Source of the DNA: Jimgerdemannia flammicorona
Taxonomy: Eukaryota
DNA length: 41,205 nt
Direction: 5' to 3'
Assembly (NCBI GenBank): GCA_003990765.1
Contig: RBNJ01000111.1
Coordinates: forward strand, 1-41,205
Shown piece by piece: positions 37,301-41,205 of this stretch (the stretch's first letter is position 1; the number at the start of each line of letters is the position of its first letter). A program made the position numbers and the translations under genes. Below the pieces are notes generated by a model. The model was not told where the DNA came from and did no database searches. It saw only the letters and a program-made list of their open reading frames with translations.

Positions 37301-38386
37301 GAGAGCAGTGGAGCTGAGAGGGGATAGCTGGGTCCCCCTATTGCAGAAGGTCTAGAAGATGAGATTCTCACTGAGAGGCTTAATAGGAGATCTACTATCC
37401 TTGGTTGGGCTTTGGAACACTGGACAATTGAGATACAAAGGCTTCTGGTGGGGGATAGTAGAGGGGGCAAACCACATTAGAATTCATTGGCAGGAAAATG
37501 AAGAAGAGGTGGCTTGAGACCTGACAATATAGAGATAAGACCAAGTGTTGCTGAGAGGCACTCTCTTAATTGAGTTTGATATTAGTGATGGGATAGAATG
37601 CCAAAGGGGGCCAGGCCAGGATCTGTGGTCCAGCAGATAGCAGCTGATGGGTATTGGAGAGGAGTGGAACTGGTAGAGAGTTTGGACCTTAAGTGCTGAG
37701 GTAAGGAGATAGATGCTACCAAAGTACTGGGTGGTCTGGTGGTACATGCTGAGGAGGAATATAATACTCAACTTCCACTTAGGTCATCTTATTGAGGGGG
37801 GTTGCTTTGACTGTGAGGAGTGCTACAATGTAGAGCAGGAAGGGGAATATGTGCAGATACCTGAATATTAGCTAAGAGAGTGTGAGATACTTAGTGACTT
37901 TTAGTAGACTGTTGGAGATCGTTTAGGGGTAGTGTATAGGGGGAATAGTGTACAGGGTTGGTGGGAGGATTTGAGGGATAGACTGGTAGGGGGGGTGGAG
38001 AAGGAGTGGCTTACCTTAGATTGGGTTTTGGTAATTTAGATGGGACTGGCCAGTCACTGGTTATTTGTTTTTGAGGATGAGCAAAGACTGAGCTTGGAGG
38101 TCTAGCTGTTATAATGGCAAAGGCTTATAGAAGACACTTTGATGGACTGGTGGCTTGGTTGGGGTTTGCAGGGTGGTCAGAGGTATTGCTTAGTAGAGAA
38201 AGTGTCTGTGGGCAGAGTGGAGAGAGAGTTGGAGTAGTGGGTAAGAAAGTAGTCTTTATTTATAATAATATAGGGAGGGACTTCCCTATGGGGATCAGGT
38301 AGTGGGAGGCAATACTGTAACCTTATTAATAGACTAGTAATAAATGGCAAAGTCTAAGTGACTATAAAAAAAAAAAATAAAATAAA

Positions 38387-38458
<72 letters not shown>
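34309..38458 (+). mobile_element. LINE-B' 3' segment (end of ORF1, full decayed ORF2 from 34644, ~90-nt A-rich tail); either LINE-B or a sister copy joined by deletion
   Basis: Collinear with LINE-A from ~5324. Motifs LLQDVR, GGDFN, RGVPQGDPLSPILY and TFVDD. AATAAA at 38339 and poly(A) at 38366-38458. Confidence 0.9.
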
Positions 38459-38459
<1 letters not shown>

Positions 38460-38774
38460 AATTGCTGGTGCTGTATCAAGTCCTTCATCGCCTATAAATT
38501 GAGTTTTACGGGAACACAGAAGCAATTGTATGGCGAGCATCCAAATGTACATTTACCTTGTTTTATTTTAGATTTTTTCAAAGTAATGCCGTATATGGCT
38601 GCGCCAATTGGCAATCACTATCCTTGTGAATCGCCCTTGTTACCCCTCATGTCAGAATATCAAATATCATTTCAATATAGCGATTATATTTATCACAGAG
38701 AGCAGAAAACAAAAAGCACGAAAGAAGATGTGGAAAGGAGAAAAAAATATAAAAATGAATACAACAACGAAAAT

Positions 38775-39680
38775 TTACTTTGGTTGCGTGCGTACTATTT
38801 GGGCTACAAGCTCATCGATATTCCCATTTTGTTTTTTCCTTAAAATGTATACACACTGGGCGCTTTCATGGTAACCGATGGTGGTACCTCCCCTATCCTC
38901 GCCATCCATTGCGCGATATATTTCGTGATAGATTGCGTCGATGTCATGTGGAACCTCCTTTGAGAAAATTTGGGCAAGGCAGATTTCCCCGCCAGTGCGA
39001 ACTGCCTCGTAAAGGCTCCCTGACGCCCCTTCCCAGAGTTTTTTGGTGACGGTTAGCCCGATCGGCACGACGGAACCCGGAAGAAATATTTCGCGCAATG
39101 TGTTGATGGACGATTTGGCCTCGGGGTCGGGAGCACGGGTGGCAGAGCCAACCCCAGATCGGCCCAACAGGCGCGAATTAGGCCGTTAGAAGCCCGAGAG
39201 TACAGGCAGTTTTTGGACTTGATGTCGCGATGTGCAATTCCGTTGGAATGCAAATACGCGACCCCGTCCAGCATCTGCCCGAAACTTCCCGAGCAACTTC
39301 CTCAAGTTGGGCTCCCCTAAGGTTGGCAAGCGACCCGCGAACGTCTCCATCGTGCTTCTTCATCAAAATATAGGCAAGCTTCCCCCCTTCGCCTGTTCCG
39401 AAAGTGGCAATGTTTGAGATTCCCATATCCCGACGGAACTTAGTGAGCTTGTTCTCGGACGCCCCCTGCTTGAAGAACTCCTTGACCGCGATGGTGGATT
39501 CCTGACTCCCGACCCCAGCTCCCTGAGATAGGTCACGTTCTCGTTGATGCGAGAAACCTTGGATTCAGTGAGGTCCTGTTGGGCGGCAGTATCGGCGGCG
39601 TCGGGTTGCGTAGGGTTGGTTTCGACGAGGTTGTCGACGTCGCGTGGAGCGAGGTCATGCTTGAAGTCGTTCGACGTGCT
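38775..39680 (-). pseudogene. Protein kinase pseudogene A (one near-complete domain to DLG, followed by a second N-lobe-like segment)
   Basis: Motifs across frameshifts: YLRELGSG, TIAVKEF, AYILMKKHDGDV, MLDGVAYLHSNGIAHRDIKSKNCLY, CWADLGLA. Then KKLWEGASGSLYEAVR..CLAQIF. Confidence 0.8.
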
Positions 39681-40364
39681 TTAAGGATTCCAAAGAGAGA
39701 ACAAATACTCTGTCGTAAACTGTTGTGTCGACTTGCTCCTCAAGGAACTCAATCATCAGCAAAATGAGTATTCATATGCAGCATGACATTCCGCTTGGTT
39801 GTTCTGCGAATCGTTCATGCTGTCGGGGTCGTTGTTGTGGTTCATGTTCGCGTACGCTTTAAGCTGGTAGGTCAAAAAAAAAAATTCAAATTTTGCAATT
39901 TTACGATCGTTATGTGGACAAGCAGAAATCCGTAACTGACATAATGAACCAACAAAAAGGGTACCTTGTCGGACGCGGTAACTATGTTTACCCAAGGGTT
40001 CTTAGATGTAGACGCTTTTGCCGCCCTCCAGGGGACAGTCAACTTCCAGAAGGGTTTGATAGCAAATGTGTCGCCTCCAGATCGTGTCCCCCCTAGGTCG
40101 GGCTTTGGTTCGGTCAACTTGCCTTTGGGACAATGAAAAAGAGGAATAATACGTCAGTCAAATACTATGCGCCGAGGGCCGTTAATCATTAGTCTTGCAC
40201 AAAACGATCTTGTCGCCAACACCTGAGATGCTTCGGATTAAACAAACGATGTATTTATGGGAAGAACAGCGTACCTTCCGGTTGTTTGCATACATATGTA
40301 TTGTCATTGCCCGTTGTTGACAGGAGTCGGTGACAGAAAGGCTGGGAAAAGTGTTGGAAATCGT

Positions 40365-40640
40365 CTTGGAGAGGATGTCGAAATGAACAATCATCTGGGA
40401 ATGCAAATAGGCCACACCATCTAGCATCTTCCTGAACGCCTCCCGGGGGCCTCCCCAAGGTTGGCAAGCAACTCTGGCAGGTTGCCGTTGCACTTCTCCA
40501 TCCGGATTAAGGCGACGTTGCCGAGTTCGCCAACATTGATGGCCTTGACGATGTTCGCGTGTTTTGCCCTTAAAGATATTTAAGTGAGCTGGTTTCAACC
40601 ACTTCGAAAAGAATTTGACCGTCGCTGTACGACCTCAGTG
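40365..40640 (-). pseudogene. Protein kinase pseudogene fragment B
   Basis: ATVKFF, KHANIVKAINVGELGNVALIRMEKCNGNL and REAFRKMLDGVAYLHSQMIVHFDILSK, with frameshifts. Confidence 0.75.
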
Positions 40641-40819
40641 TGCCTGGCTTCGTGGACTAAACTAAAGATCCTGCCCCTAGCTTCCTGATAATAGGGATAT
40701 CTGCATTAATACAGGAACCTATATGGAAGAGGGTAAGGGTAGGTTATCAACGAGATCGGATCCGACGAGGACAGTCGACTCGCTGGGGTTGGCCTTCGAC
40801 ACCGTCCAGATATGACTGA

Positions 40820-41205
40820 AAATCTCCCGAGCGATCTCCTCAATTTGGGCTTCCCTAAAACCCTCGAACATCTCCATCGTGCTTCTCCATCACAATGTAG
40901 AAAATATTTCCCTCTTCGCCTGTTCCGACAGTGGCAACAACATTGCCATGTTTGACCTTCGTTGAGATCTCTATCTCCCGACGGCATTTCTTGAGCTTGC
41001 GCTAGGACGCCCTCTGCTTGGAGAACCCTTGGCTGCGGTGGTTGAGCATTGGGGGGGTGACGTGCTTCTACAACCACACCGAACGTTCCAGACCTCAGTT
41101 CCAGGTCAGGTTCTCGTTGATGTGAGAACCCTGGGATTCGGTGAGGTCCCGTAAGGCGCTAATATCGGCGGCGACGTATTGGGCAGGGTTAGTTTCGGCG
41201 AGGTC
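40820..41205 (-). pseudogene. Protein kinase pseudogene fragment C (paralog of A N-lobe; runs off window end)
   Basis: ELRSGTFGVVVEA and KCRREIEISTKVKHGNVVATVGTGEEGNIFYIVMEKHDGDVRG. DNA is collinear with 39290-39635. Confidence 0.8.

Noticed and set aside
38334-38552. Poly-Phe ORF (and the poly-Lys start of ORF 9338-9547)
   Set aside because: These are translations of LINE poly(A) tails.
39872-40117. Possible further kinase exon (GDTFAIKPFWK)
   Set aside because: A single weak VAIK-like match without flanking subdomains; not supportable by eye.

Overview
Eukaryotic, most likely fungal, genomic window; an early-diverging (Mucoromycota-like) host is my inference from the enolase and the intron style. 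There are three zones. (1) An intact four-exon enolase gene at 922-2615 (+). (2) A ~35 kb nested transposon block at 3510-38458. It contains four L1/Tx1-like LINE copies, all on +, three of them with recoverable target-site duplications (TSDs) and nested three deep. It also contains a 424-bp fold-back hAT-type MITE, a full-length but decayed Ty3/gypsy chromovirus on - (13746-22799), and a 5'-truncated second chromovirus on +. (3) A cluster of frameshifted protein-kinase pseudogene fragments on - at 38775-41205. The transposons are heavily hit by C>T/G>A transitions and almost lack CpG, while the flanking genes keep CpG. The most notable observations are: the chromovirus carries a five-motif trimeric dUTPase between the Gag zinc knuckle and the protease, plus a probable extra ~270-codon ORF after pol; the LINE family shares a predicted 5'-UTR stem, a 3' AATAAA-AGTC(N5)GACT-polyA hairpin, and a Q-D in place of Q-E in the endonuclease. 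All calls were made by eye, without database searches.
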